Below are positions 38,502 through 52,100 of a stretch of 64,000 nucleotides of DNA, piece after piece. Source of the stretch: Phoronis australis (lineage: Eukaryota > Animalia > Phoronida); NCBI GenBank assembly GCA_002633005.1, contig NMRA01000212.1, positions 361,312-425,311 on the forward strand, given 5' to 3'. The notes beneath the pieces are model-generated. The model did no database searches. It was not told where the DNA came from and was given only the letters and a program-made list of their open reading frames with translations. Position 1 is the stretch's first letter. Every line of letters starts with the position of its first letter. The translations under genes were made by a program, and so were the position numbers.

Positions 38502-41500
38502 TTATTTTACATGTTGAGGTTTATTCTTGTAAAACCACATGAATGCAAACATCATTCCAGGTGGTCTCATCACAGCTTCATCCAGCACCCAGTCGTAACC
38601 TTTGTTAACGGGGATATCCACAACATCAATCAATTCACCCTCGTGGAGATTACCGCCCCCTTGTGACACTCTCATGTTATCTGTTACTTCTGCATAGAAA
38701 ACAGTTGTTGTGGAACCAGATATTCCTATGCCAGACCTAAAACATTGACATGGAGAGCTGACAATTTAAAAATGTACTTTCACACTCCTAACTATGCTAA
38801 TGTATAGCAGGAAATCCATGACCATGCCATTTGAACATCATCTACTCTTACGTAAATGCTGCTGTATTCATTAGCAACTTATAAATGTGGAAACAAAACA
38901 ATCTTTAATTCGGTGACCTTTGCACTAATGACGTATCTTGGGGGCTCATATAACCTACATTATTTGGTGTTATTCCCCAACCCCACTGGACACAGCTGAG
39001 TGATTTGAGACGGATCATTTTCAACACAAAACTTTCTTAACAACATTTGGTAATTTTCAACCTACTTCATACTCACATTGTCACTATATGTTGCGTTTCT
39101 AACTAATTTGGCCAAGCAACCACAGATATAAGGAATTAAGCCTGCAAGGTCCACTTTAAGAAATGCAAGAAAACATCCAGTAACTATGAGCTCAGTGAAT
39201 GTCTTCCAAAATATTCCTAACTGCTATTGTGAACAGGACACAAGTGCAATTGTATAGTTATACAAACTCGACTTCAATCACAAAAAACAACTTTTGATTT
39301 ATACCACTTATAGTAGGTAAGTTATTCAAAATCGAGAAAACGTAAAGTCAAACTTAAGACAAACTTGAGATCTCTTCCTTGAAATGCACTTGAGACAAAT
39401 TTAAGGTCAAAAATTGACTGAAATTTAAGATTTGTCTTAGCTAAGTCAGTTTTCTTGGAATGGACCCACGGTCTCTGGGAATAACAAGACGTAAGTTCTT
39501 TGCAAACCCAAAACTCCCTTCTGATTTGACTAAGGAACAAGACCTAATTTTATAGCAATAAGTAATCTAAATCAAAAGTTCGCATCTTAGACAGAACGGA
39601 GGAACGCAGGTTCAGAACAGCTTTAAATCACGCACTGACCTATACCCATCAATAATGATAACGTGTTGCTTAAGTACTACAAATGCGGCCAGTCAGTATG
39701 GAAATTCTGTCCATCATAAAGATGTGACAAAAAAATTCCTAGTCAAAACAATGCCGTGCTTTGTTTAATTACCAGCTTCAAATCAATAAACCATCTTTTT
39801 GTCTTTAATTTAGATGACTTATCGGTTGTAAAATAGGTCTGGGCTGGACCCAGATTGGGTATACTTGTAAGACTTGGGAAGAATTCACAATTTCTTATTG
39901 CTCACAAAATAAGTCTGGCCTCCAGCCATAACGGATTGCCAATTATTCTCAAACCCACAAATCACCTCATATCTGACTGGAGAGACTTCCGAGACCAATT
40001 ATTTAATTACAGTAAGTCGTCTAAATCAAAAGTTGATTTGTAGTGCTCTTTCACCTCTGACATGATTTTTGACGCCAAATAATCCCACAAGACCGAAAGG
40101 CATGCACACGACAGAAGCTCTGACCCAGCAGCTAACACTCAAAACAATATTGCTGTCAATAAAAAGCATAGTGCATCAATTGACTTGCCTGTACGTTGTT
40201 ACTTTCTCTAGATTCTTCACTGGAACATCATAACCACACTCTTCTAATACCTCCTCTTTTGCTATAACGGCAAGTTCTTTGTCTTTATCAACAAGACCTG
40301 CGCAGAGTTCATGAGTTACACCACATGAGCCTGTGTACTGATTGGGGTCATAGGTCGACTCAAGGGCTGGCCGAGATTGTGCGTTGTAAATAGTGTTGAC
40401 ATAGACAGCTGGAATAAAGAGTGGGGGACTGAAACTTGAGAACATAGAGATGGGTTTACACTAGCATAAATCTAAAATGCTTTAATTTAAAATATTTTTG
40501 CTATATCCTGTTCACACAACAAGTCTTAAATTGCCACAATGTTTAACGGAGTTGAATGGCAGTTGTTGCATGAAATGTCATAAGCTACATGCATTTAAAT
40601 GATGTGACATCATTAGGTGCGTGTACGTACTAAGCGCTCTTTCTTTTTCACTAGAAAGAAGTATTTACCAGCAGAAATATTCCAGTTAAAATAATTTCCT
40701 TCCACGTAACTTAAAATGTTCTAGGTAAACCTATATTTACGACAGATTTGACCAAGAAATGATTTACATGCCCGACATTTAATCTTTCTATTAATACGGA
40801 AATTCTGCAAGTTGAAACTCACCTGGCCTGAACTGTTTCACCACAACAAAACACCTTCGTGTTACATTAAATATGAGAATACACACTCTGAAAACAGATG
40901 GAGTGTAAAGTTGATATATGGCATTCATCAACATGGAATACTGATATATCACCCTACACAACCTTACCAACTAACTATGACTGAATGACATGCTCATTAC
41001 AATATCCCTATTACACTGTATTATTACACATTATCAGACGGATTGCCTCATTAAATTACACTGGCACATGAGTTTCCAACTCCGCAAACCAATTTCCCCA
41101 CTAGCAAACAATGTTTTCATAACAGTGTTGCAAAAAATCTGCACACAGGTGTGCAAGTGCAGAATTGACATTAACCACAGTCCCCATGTCCAATTCCGCT
41201 AGAGCAGTCTTGCTCTGACCTAAGGTGACTAGTGGCTGATTCCAAAGTGATTTGCCACTAAAATTCCACATAGTCTGAATACTGCATGTGCTCATACCGG
41301 TAATAATAAAAAAGTTATTATGTGCACACCTGTTTGTTTCCTACAAGTAATGAGCAAGTGTATGTGTCTGAATATGCATATCTTATACTAATGTCACAGG
41401 TACCACGAATGACATGCCATACTTTAGTTATTCATTCTTCACACAACATTTCACGTGAAATTGCACATACACATTCTGGTTAACTAGCATGATTATTGCC

Positions 41501-43577
41501 CTGGGACATGTTTCTTTTTCTCTGGTTGCACTTTTCAGTGGTTGCACTCGATTTGCTACCACCTGGCTTAGTGTGAAGGTTTGCTTGCAGGTGATCGTCA
41601 TCAGGGACCAGTTGAGTGTTTTAGATGGTTTACCTGAATCAAGTGCAGCTTAAGGTTTTGAAGATGCAGGTTTGGAAGTTTGGTCAAATTTCTCCAACTC
41701 AAAACAGACAATAAATAATTACTTTGCTCAAGGTCCAAGCTGATTTTGTAGAAATTCCCTATGACAACTCTGGGAAAAATGGCAAATTTACCTAAGTCCA
41801 AAATTATATATTTTTTATGAACTTCCATTAATTTGCATTTTCTAACTCTGAAATCGAGAACATGTAATGTCTAGAATACGATAAATAAAGCAAAAGTCAC
41901 CCATATCACAAATTTCAGAATCAAGGGAATTCAAGTTCTGGTTGGATTTTTAAATATCTCAAATTTCAAAGTATCTCCCAAATTGGAGAATTTTTACCAT
42001 AGATCAGCCTTTGAAGTATTACAGTTATCCCTCATTCAATGACTTAACGAGACTGCAGGTTCTAAACATCTAATTACACGTGGCTCATTTGTTACATGAT
42101 GTGCGCATTCTTTTGCCTGGTATGACAACATGCAGGCCAATTAACTATCACGCTTCAAAGAGTTACTGAAACTGTAATGCATTCAGACAGAATAAATTGT
42201 CTTAAATTAGGTTGAAGTTGGGTGATTTTGGTGATTCAAAAACTAAACACAATCAGCACTTGATGAAGAATTCAGAATTCTTATTGGTTTATCTTCAAAC
42301 AGTTTAAGACTGATCTTTCATTTTCAACATCACAGCGCAGTCAGGCTAGATACGATCTTAACAGAGATTAGACCAATTATCAAACAAAAGAGAGCTGTCC
42401 CTCCAACTATAAATACCACATTGGAGTTAATCAGTTGTGTAAGATACTTGCTATGCTGGTCAACCAGCCAACTCCTTCATTTACTATCCCATCCAACAAG
42501 TTAAAGTCAACAAGCAAACGCCCTAATGGCCATGCAAAATCTCATTTTCAATGTACTGTGTCATGTGAATGGATACTTTACGCATCGTGTGTCTCCACAG
42601 CCTCCCATGTCTTCTGTTTACCATTCTAAAACAAAAAACTGTAATACAGTCTTACACATATTAATACAAGCTGCTCAAGGTTCAAAGAATTCACACTAGA
42701 TGGAGCCTCATAATCATAAAATACAGATGAGAGCCTAAGTTTCAGTAAGACGAATCTTGACTTTCCCGAACTGCTAACATACAAGGCCAAAAAGCAATAT
42801 TAGACGGTTCTGGTCTTTTTTTTGAAAATTGAGTCAGTGGTGTGGTATTTTTCAGTTCCTCATTGTTTCATAAAAGAAAATCCAACCGAGAGCAGCAAAA
42901 ATGATGCAATTTTTTTTCTCATCGCTAATCGTGATGTCTCAAACCTTGACCTAACCTTTGCTTATGTGCCTCTGCATAGCTTTTCAAAAACAAAAACAAA
43001 AACATGAGAGCTTGGTTGAAATTGATACGGCGGGTCTTCTTTTTTTCACTCGGTGAACGCATGTCTCACAATGAGTTGGGTTACAGAACAGAACCAACTA
43101 TGCTTTTTTGGACTAACCTGCAGTTATAACAATTTTTCTTATTAGGTATTTATGTGCAAAATATTAATTCAAATGGTGCATACTCATTGCGTACGTTTCA
43201 ACACTCTTACATATACGAGATAATTACACTTTAATAAAACAACAACCGTTTTTAATCGTGACATGTTTCATGGTAACCTTCCTACATTTTCATGCAGACG
43301 TTTATTCTCAAAAAACCAGCTCAGAGCTGTAACTCTGTAGGCCCTACTCATTTTCATTGTATATAGTTCTGAGCTGATTATTTGAGAATAAACATCTGAG
43401 GATGTGGAATAGTTCCCATAAACATGGCACAATTAAAAACGGTTGTTGTTTTTATTAAAATACTATTGCCACTAATGTGGAAATTAGAGAATTCACCTGA
43501 GAGAAATTGATACGAAACGGCTTCACAAAAAGACCTTTTTCAAGCGACTCGACACTAACGTCCTTAATGTCTTCCAT
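38502..43577 (-). CDS. NUDT14: Uridine diphosphate glucose pyrophosphatase (Nudix hydrolase 14), ~214 aa, 5 coding exons
   Basis: Exons 43577-43497, 42625-42582, 40887-40823, 40408-40189, 38736-38502. Protein MEDIKDVSV...FVKPFRINFSQNGKQKTWEAVETHDAVCILIFN...VKQFRPAVY...GVTHELCAGLVDKDKELAVIAKEEVLEECGY (Nudix box)...SGIGISGS...FYAEVTD...GGGNLHEGELIDV. The last intron needs a GC donor. Confidence 0.93.
43231..43458. repeat. ~228-bp foldback built from two inverted Penelope-like termini
   Basis: Arms ttaataaaacaacaaccgtttttaatcgtgacatgtttcatgg...tttattctcaaaaaaccagctcagagc and ttctgagctgattatttgagaataaac...ataaacatggcacaattaaaaacggttgttgtttttattaa are complementary. They resemble the PLE end ctgaggatg...gaaacatgtca...aaaaccgttgttgtttt. 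Confidence 0.7.
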
Positions 43578-45019
43578 ATCGTTCTGTTCTTGATCTGGAT
43601 CAGATTCACTACTTTGGAAGGAAATTGGAGTCTTAAAGCAATGGCCAGTAAACTGTAAAGAAAATATTGAATCTATAAGAAAATGTTAAGACTTAACAAG
43701 ACTCTTGAAATACAGATACTAAATGAGACATACAGGGTAATTTCTACACAGGGTGCCAGCACTGTATGAGGGGGCATTCTGGGCTTGGCTTTTCAGGTAT
43801 CCATAGTGGTTAATAAAACAATAATCTCCTCACCTTGGACCATAAACCTTTTGATAAGCTGTGTTATAGTTACACAATCCAACTGGGACAGTTGTGTGAC
43901 TAAAAGCACAAACAACTGCTTTAGTGACCTTGCATGTCAAATTCAAAAGGCCTGTTGTGTGTGAACAACACCCATGATTTACAACCGTAAGCAAAATTCT
44001 AGGTACTAGGCAGACTACGGTACAGTACAGTACCGCAGGTTACCCCCTCCAAGTCAATCACAGATATCTCTTGTTAAGTTTTAATTCCAGGCACCAGGGA
44101 TTTCCAAATTCCAGACATCATTCCACTATTTTAAAGTGGTTGTAAACTTGCATTAACTGTCCAAACTTTGATAGACTCGTTCACTTCATTAAATCGAACG
44201 TCTAAACTAAGATAAGATTGATTACTGGGTTTGTCCTATAGTACTGACAGATCGTTATTCACTGAGACATACTCAGTGCATAAAACGACCCGCCGTAGCA
44301 AGTCAATTTGTAGAGCCTGATCTCAAGCAGTACTGAACAGCATCTAGTTCTTTCAATTAGCCCCGACTGATATCGTCTCAGTCCAATTTCAGTTGATTGC
44401 ACAAGCCAGCTGGGAGCAGTCAAACTATTTTTTTTGTGATACAAGACCGATTTATAGCAGCTTCAAATGCTTGCAGCCTTTTGTCCCACATCACAAATCG
44501 CACTCTCAGGTGCTGAAATATGTTAGTCCCAACTGAAAGGGTGATCAGCAAAAGCAAACAGCATTCACTTTGTTATTTTTCTGGCATTTTTTCTAGGAAA
44601 ATGATCCTAACCTAACCTAGTTTCATAATCATAACCCAAGTACGTTAAAAAGGTACGTGTAGTTCCCACTATCACTCCCAGTAGCATGCTACTTAGCTGG
44701 TACTGCGGCGCACAACAAGGCCAACTCCTATTACCTAACTACATTCATCAATTTCAATGGACCCAGACCCTGGACCTCAGGAATCAGGACGGGTTGGCGG
44801 GGGGCTAAGGAGTTCCTAAGAGAAAATCGAACCAAAACAAAACGGCGGGACATAGCCAATCCCTCGAGAACTCAACATAAAGTACACAATTATCTATAAT
44901 TGGCAAAAAAAGAGATTAGAACCGATTGATCTCTTCTGTCCCCTCCACACTGTACCGATGGATTTTCAGCTACTCTCTGCCTCCACACTGTACCAAGACG
45001 TCCTCTATTGTCAACTATC

Positions 45020-45130
45020 TAACTCATTCGGAACAGCGTGCGGAAATATACGGGATAATCCGGGTGTAACCGGAACGGAAACTTACGGAAATGGGCGAAG
45101 TTTAGCGTCACCGAAGTCAAAACAACAAGG
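45020..45130. promoter_or_regulatory. Putative bidirectional promoter for NUDT14 (-) and FBXO48 (+)
   Basis: Locally CpG-rich segment between head-to-head genes with clustered CGGAA (ETS/GABP-like) motifs: ttcggaac, gcggaaat, accggaacggaaac, acggaaat. Confidence 0.45.
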
Positions 45131-46085
45131 CGTGCGTGTTGTTGTCGTCCAGATCTCTTATTCTTGATGTTCTTACATGTTGTGTGATAAGGGATCGTAA
45201 CACGTAAGCATGTTGTAAGACCGTTGAACATTTGTTCTTTCCATGTGCAGGAAAATCAATCAAGTTGGATTCCGGAAAATGTGCGAAAAGCTCGTGTTGA
45301 GTTTATCTGATACTCTGTGTGATTTAAAGGGCCAACCCGGAGCCCGGAGGGTTCTTGATTATATTTTTGACGGGGGTGCAGATGGAAATTTAAGATAGCC
45401 ACCTGTTTAGGGAGCCGGGTAGAAAAAGGGAACATTTGAATGGAGCTTCTATGTAAAGGTCGCCGTTTCACGTGGTTATGTTCCAGAAGCGGATAATAGC
45501 ACTTGTGCTAACGTTTCATTGTTAAAGCTCACCGACTTTTAAGATTATTACTACTACTAAGCACCACCGTTGACAACATATTGTGTGTGTGGCAAGTGCC
45601 GTGGTATCACATGTTATACTGAATCCAACTCTTTCCCTATCAGGCTTTCCAAGGAGTGGCACATATACTATCACATTATTACCAATGCTGTAGTGGGGCG
45701 TAGGCACACGTAGGCGCAGCCAACCACCCTTTGGTATATAATTAGTGTACTGAGGTGATGATGGAGGAGGTGTGTGAATTGTGACTAAGTGTGGACCAGG
45801 GGACGTGTCAGCAGGGGCCGGGTTTAAACCCCCTTTGGAATACAATAAAAATGCACCACCAGCACTGTACGTCACTCCTTTTAAAGTATAGCACCCTTTA
45901 TAGGATTGGGTTAGGAGATTCTTAGACTGTGGCGAGTAAAGATCACATAAGCAGTTTTATTGACCGTTATATATGATGCACCGAGTTATAAATTTTTTAT
46001 TCCTGTTGGTAATGCTTTAATTATTCTATCTTGTATTGCAGTGTTTACATTCGTCATCCCCAAGGCTACATCTGAAGTGCATGCC

Positions 46086-47223
46086 ATGAGTCAACTGAAG
46101 TTGAGTGACCTACCAGGTGACGTCCTCATTCACATCCTATGTCTACTGACACCAACAGAACTAGGGAGAGTTTCACAGACTTGCCAACGGCTTCATGATG
46201 TCGTTGCCCACACCAGCTGTATATGGAGGTGTATGTGTCTTAATTACTGCAACTTAAAGAATGTGAGAGTTGATCGCTGTCAGGGATACTCATGGAAGGT
46301 AGGTTAATCCATTATCAGCTGTTGTGTACATGAAGTGAATACAGTTATTACAGCTTCTCTAAATTCACTGGAGACAGTACCTTTAATTAAAGGACCATAT
46401 GCTGTGCTGCAGTTGTCTAGTAACAACAGTGAAAAAATAAAACAAAAATAAACACAACCATTTTTGGATCCCGGAGTGTGCCCCTGATTAGTGAAAGTGA
46501 TATTATAGATTATTTTAAATGATTCATATTTAGTAAATCGGTTGATCTGTTGTTACACTCTGCCTTAAAATACCCTCAATTCGGTAATTCCCGAGTGATA
46601 GGACCATCTGTACTGGTGATCTAGGATGTTACAAGGGGCCCCATTACAAATATCTCCCCTTAAATTTCAAGTCTAGAGAGCCATTTATCAAAAGAATATA
46701 TCAATCTATAGTCTACTGCTAAATGTTCCTAGTAGTCATAACACACCCTGACAAACTGGCCTTTCGTTTACCCGATCCTCAAGGAGTTACTTTTGAAGTC
46801 ATTGCTGACAGGACAGTTGCTTTGCATAGATCAGCAAATGCCTTGGTTTCATTATGCTGGCAGTTTTTGTACATATCTATGTACAAAGTGGAATGGATTT
46901 TTTTGATAAACCACAATTTATGGAGGAAAAATTTCCACTTCAGTCCTAAAACGTGTGGGGTGCGCTTTCCAAAATCCGCCTTTGATCTGATCGTATCACA
47001 AACAGTTTGTGAAACCATAAAAGTTCCCTTTGTTCAGTCATATTGCATTTGTATGTTTCAGGAATGCTGCCAACGGAGTTATGGTGCAAATGGCATCCGC
47101 AGACAGTGGTTTCAAGGCGAATTCAGTTCACCAAAGTCACTTAGTGAACTACCTCAAAACGTGATGTGTTGTATGGATACAGAAACATGGGGAGAAATTT
47201 TTCGACTAGAGTTATTGCGATGA
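46086..47223 (+). CDS. FBXO48: F-box only protein 48-like, ~124 aa, 2 coding exons
   Basis: Exons 46086-46298 and 47062-47223 (phase 0). F-box LSDLPGDVLIHILCLLTPTELGRVSQTCQRL...IW; C-terminus GYSWK...WFQGEFS...LPQNVMCCMDTETWGEIFRLELLR* matches the recalled FBXO48 ending (MDADTWGEILEAELER). The start codon could lie in an upstream exon. Confidence 0.88.
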
Positions 47224-48906
47224 GATAAATTACGATACCATTTTAATTATTTAAACAAATTTTTTTATCAAAAAGTGACACGCTGACCTTTTACTGAAAA
47301 AGCGCTCGTTATAATGACTGCTGTACCATTCAAGTCTTCTCCTTTTAACCATGAAATGTTTATCCTAAATTTTAGTGTATGACTTATTTCTTTATGAATC
47401 TGCCTCTGATCCTCTTGAAGCATTCAAGTGAAATTGATTTTTTCCGGACCGCAGTGAATCTACTGTCATTTTAAGTGAGCTGTGCTTATTAGGGTGTGTT
47501 ATTAATTTAAATCACTGTGTCACTAACAGAGGTGCAATGTTGAGACGCTGGTTATACTGTGTCTCCCAAAGGTGGCGTTACTGTGGTGAAACAGTTCTGT
47601 TTTTACAGATATGAAGATACCTTTTCTTTTGGTTTCAAAAGTTAAGTACAAGGATTATTTCTGCATAAGTCCTAAGATATTATAAAATAACATCAGTGAA
47701 TGAATTTATGTAAATATTGTTAAGTATGATTTCTGAAATTCAGCTATTCAGTATTTGTGATGCAGCACTTGAAATTCAAGATTTTTTTAAATTTGTCAGT
47801 TTTATTTTTGACAAAACATCGATGTCATTATGTTAGAGCATCACCTGGGTGTAGGTACAACAGAAATTGGTTTGCATTAAAATTTATTGTATTAGTTTTT
47901 TGGCTAAATTGAAACAAAGAGAATATCTTAAATGTCAGGTTTATTTTACAAAGTACAGCTGGAGTGATGTGAATCGGATGTCAATTCTAGTCCATGTTGG
48001 ACAACGCAAGTTCAATGTAAAAATCTGTTGTATTAGATGTCGTGCTTTTCATTTTATGTTCTTGACATGTACTTTTAAATAGTTTTCATTTTATTGATTT
48101 ACAAGTAAGTGCTTAACCTGTTTATTTATATGCGTCTGGGCAGTGCAGCAGTTTACGTCTACTGCCAGACCAGGTGACTGGGATGTGCACCATGGTAAAG
48201 TCTTAGTCTTCTCTCTTGCAGTTTTGCATGGAGATGGTAATACATGTGCTGAATGATTGTAAATCAAAGTCTTTATGTATCCCTCAGAATTATAGTGCTT
48301 GCTAAAATAAGCATTTATAGTATGGTATGGTATGGTATGTTATGGATTTTATTATAAAAATATATTTATACTCATTATTAGAGGTTTGCAGTTATAAGTT
48401 ATCTGTTGAATTATTAAAAAATAAATGTATTTACAAGACTTGGCTATTTTCTTATACGTTGCAAATTTGTCTTCAGTTTCCATGGTGATCGATGGTACAT
48501 GATGAAAGTAACAGGAAAGTTACCTTGCTGGCTCAGCTCCAGAGATAAAATGAAGGAGATTTGTTGGACTTAATGTCCCAGAGATATTTATTTTAGCTGT
48601 TTCCACGAGAAAGTTATTACATTGTAATAACATACATAAGATATAAATATCCCGAGTTGCCCATCACTCGTACTATAAACGTTCCACATTCTGGGTAACA
48701 CTATATTGACCAGCCTCAAACAGTAAGCTGCTGTACATACTGAAGTATCTGGCTTATCATCACAACCATGTTGTGGGTGCAGAACAAAAGACAGATTGTA
48801 TGTCAACACTGGCAAACACTGAAAATAATAACGGATTAACCAGGCTTACATTAATTTTATAATGAATTGCTGCAAGTCGTACCCATCTACGTGAGATAGA
48901 AACAAA

Positions 48907-49176
48907 CAATGATTGAAGTCCGCGTCTTCGTGTAATTCTCTCAAAAACAAAACGATGAAGTCGACTTCTTCGTGAATCTCTCTCAGACTAGCTAGAGGGA
49001 TACATGCGGAGAATGATTGAAGCCGAATTCTTCGTGTGTGTCTCCCACACTTACAAGTGGGAATACATGCAGAGATTAATTGAAGTCCGTATCTTCATGC
49101 ACCTCTCCTAGACTTAATAGTTGGGATACATGCGCAAAATAATTGAAGTTAGTGTCTTCATATATCGTTCCCAGAC
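48907..49176 (-). repeat. Degenerate ~63-nt tandem repeat whose first unit is the FIBP C-terminal coding sequence
   Basis: Units at 49176-49114, 49113-49051, 49050-48989 and partial units to ~48907 share GTCTGGGA...GAAGA...ACTTCAAT...GCATGTATCCC on the minus strand. Confidence 0.85.
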
Positions 49177-52100
49177 ACTCAGCAAATGCACATCTTGCCT
49201 GAAAATACAAAGTGGTCACCATAACTGTTTACTTGCAGTGTTTGAATGAAGTGACTAAACAGACACATAGTTTCCAATGGGATACTTTCAAATAGAAACT
49301 TGGCAACTGGTCTCATGGGACTGGATACCAGTGGCCTCTAGAGGACAAGGAAGCATTTTATAACTTTTCTTTAAAACACATTCCGTGTAATCACATACAC
49401 TGTAATTTTTCTCCTATGCCACCCGCTGCGAAAACAAAATAACTTCAATCACAGGTCCCATGTAATTTACCCCATTGCTTCCTCAATGTCTCCCCTTCAT
49501 TTCAGGCTTCCTGAACAACACGGCTCATGCACATATCAACACAGACAACACAAGTCCTGGTTTATGAACACAAATCAAAGACCTGTAAACTTAGTTCACT
49601 GACTCACCGAGTTGTGCCCACATTCTAGTGAGTCAAATGACACTTTTTTGTTCTTTAGAAAAGAATCAGAATTAAAACTATACAAAATTCTGCGGGTTAA
49701 TCTTTTTGGGTTACCCTGTATTAAAAAACATTAAAAGTGCCCAGCAAAACCACTCGCCACATCTTACAGTGTTTTAACATAATCTTGCATACTACCATTT
49801 GAATTATATTTTCCCCATAACGAGATTCAAAATAACGAGGAAACTGGTTGAGTAGCATTCATTACACACAGTACAACATGCAGAGCGTGCCAAAAATAAT
49901 GAGACAAAATGGCTTGGAATTCTCTTGTATCACCTCGCAAGGGGAATTTTCGGTCAAGATGGCTATATTGGCAAGTCATGATGGGTCACTACACATACCG
50001 TAATTTTGTTTGACAAGTAGAAACTAGTACCCACACACCTTAGGAAGTCAAGTGCTTCCGCCTTTTCCGTAAATGCCTTGAGAAAAAGTGAGACATCTGC
50101 TTCACTCCATTCATTAGCTTTCAGTGGTTCGATAAACTACAAAAAAATATGTTGGCAGATTCAAGAAGTTTACAGGTGCTAACAATACACAGAGGCTGGG
50201 TAAAACCAATCACACTGATACAGGAGATTTCACCTGTTGTTGTTTTCCAAATGCATTATGGGACGGTTGTTGGCAGGTAAACATATGGTGACATCACAGA
50301 AAACTTGATGACTTGTGAACAATATGACAGAAAACAACACTTAACATCATCATTGAAAGCACAGGTCCACTGCAACATCCTCCTTGGTAGAAAACTTTTA
50401 GCAAATCTTTGGAATGAAATATTCTCGAGACACGTGCCATGCGATCACACAGAAGATAAAGCTCACCTAAAACACCAGACCTATGTTCCATAGACCCAAC
50501 TCGTGAAAACCCAAGATTATGCATAATTAAGAGAAGTATCACCATTCATTACAAGCAAAGCATGTGATCACACTAACTTCACTCACTAAATTCTTGCCTA
50601 CGGAACATAACCCAGGTTTACACACGTCTCCAAATTTTCAATGATATCATCGGATATATTTACCAGCCAAGAACCACTCCATAATGCATTTTAAAAACAA
50701 CCATTAGCACCTCTAGTGGCAAATTTTGCTGTCGATAAACTCCCTCAAATTAATAAAAGCTTATGACAGCTAAAGATGGGCCACGTTGATGAAGGCAGTC
50801 TCAATTCTTCTACTTTAGTATGTCACTAGAATCTGGAGAACATTTTTACACAAGCGAAGCTAAACATAGTGAACAGTTCTATTAGTATGAGAGAAACACA
50901 ATCAAAGCTGATAAATCACATTAAGTTGTGACTTCAATGAAAAATAGCACTTGCTTCCAATTGTTATATATCATATTCTTCATATTAAGAAGCAATAAAA
51001 AAACTTCCAATGAAATTTAATTATACGGTCATGATCACATTCTACCCTACTATTCAATCATGGTGAATGGCACAAACCTTCTCCAGAAGATCGATAAAAA
51101 GGTCCCTCACTTCTTTGCTGTGATTCAAGCCGGCTGCTATATTTACAAGAATCTTAGATAAATTCTACAAAGAAAAATAATGCAAATTCATCCATAAGTC
51201 AGCACAATTATCTCATAAGTCAGATTTAAATATTGACATTTCAACACTTTGGTTTCCATTCACGGAAACAGCTCATTTTCTTACCATAGCTAAACAAATC
51301 TCAGGATACTCTTAATAGTAAAGACACCAAATGATTAGACATGTTAAATGTCAGTCGACTATCAAGCATTGTACAGTAACAAGTGCACAGGAGTTCTTAT
51401 CAGAAAGCAATTTCCTTGGGATAAAGTATCATTACACACATACATTCCATTAACTAACTTTCATGTTGTAATAGTGTTGTCCCGGATTACACAGCAATAG
51501 AACTCTCCTTTGTCCCGAGGTAAGAAAGCCCATGCTACATTTAGAATGTTACACATTTTCTCAGGTCACATCAAAAAACGTTGAGGTGTATGCCCGTGGA
51601 AATATTCCTGATTTCAACAGTTGAAAAGTACTGCATGAAAGGGTATCCTCATGAAAGAGGGTTCTGTTTGGCTCAAAATTAACCTAACCAACTTGTTTTA
51701 TGCACCAATTCTGCATTTTCTTTTCTGTGATGGATTTAGAAAAGGCAAAAAACTAAACATCACGCATCCACAGATATTTGTCAAGTTTATGCAAATTACT
51801 CACGTTAGATTTCAAGCCCACAGCACGGTGGTAATACTTTTTTGGCTTTCAATGCGCGAATAGGGAAATGCAGCTGAGAAAAATTTGTGAAGACTACGCC
51901 AGCAACGAAGAACATGTGGAACTCCAATGGGGCAAAAACCGTAAGACTGCACAAGTGCTCGACGGATATTGCGGCATTGTGGGTAAATACAGCAAGATTT
52001 GAGTGTCGCTGTGTAATCCAGGATGGCCCTATTATACAGCCATAGTAAATTTCTTCAGGCAGAAAAATGCTAAAAGTATACCCAAAGTCTTATCTACAGC

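Noticed and set aside
47582-47597. Short match to NUDT14 exon 3 (tgtggtgaaacagttc) downstream of FBXO48
   Set aside because: Only about 16 nt with no flanking similarity; cannot be distinguished from chance.
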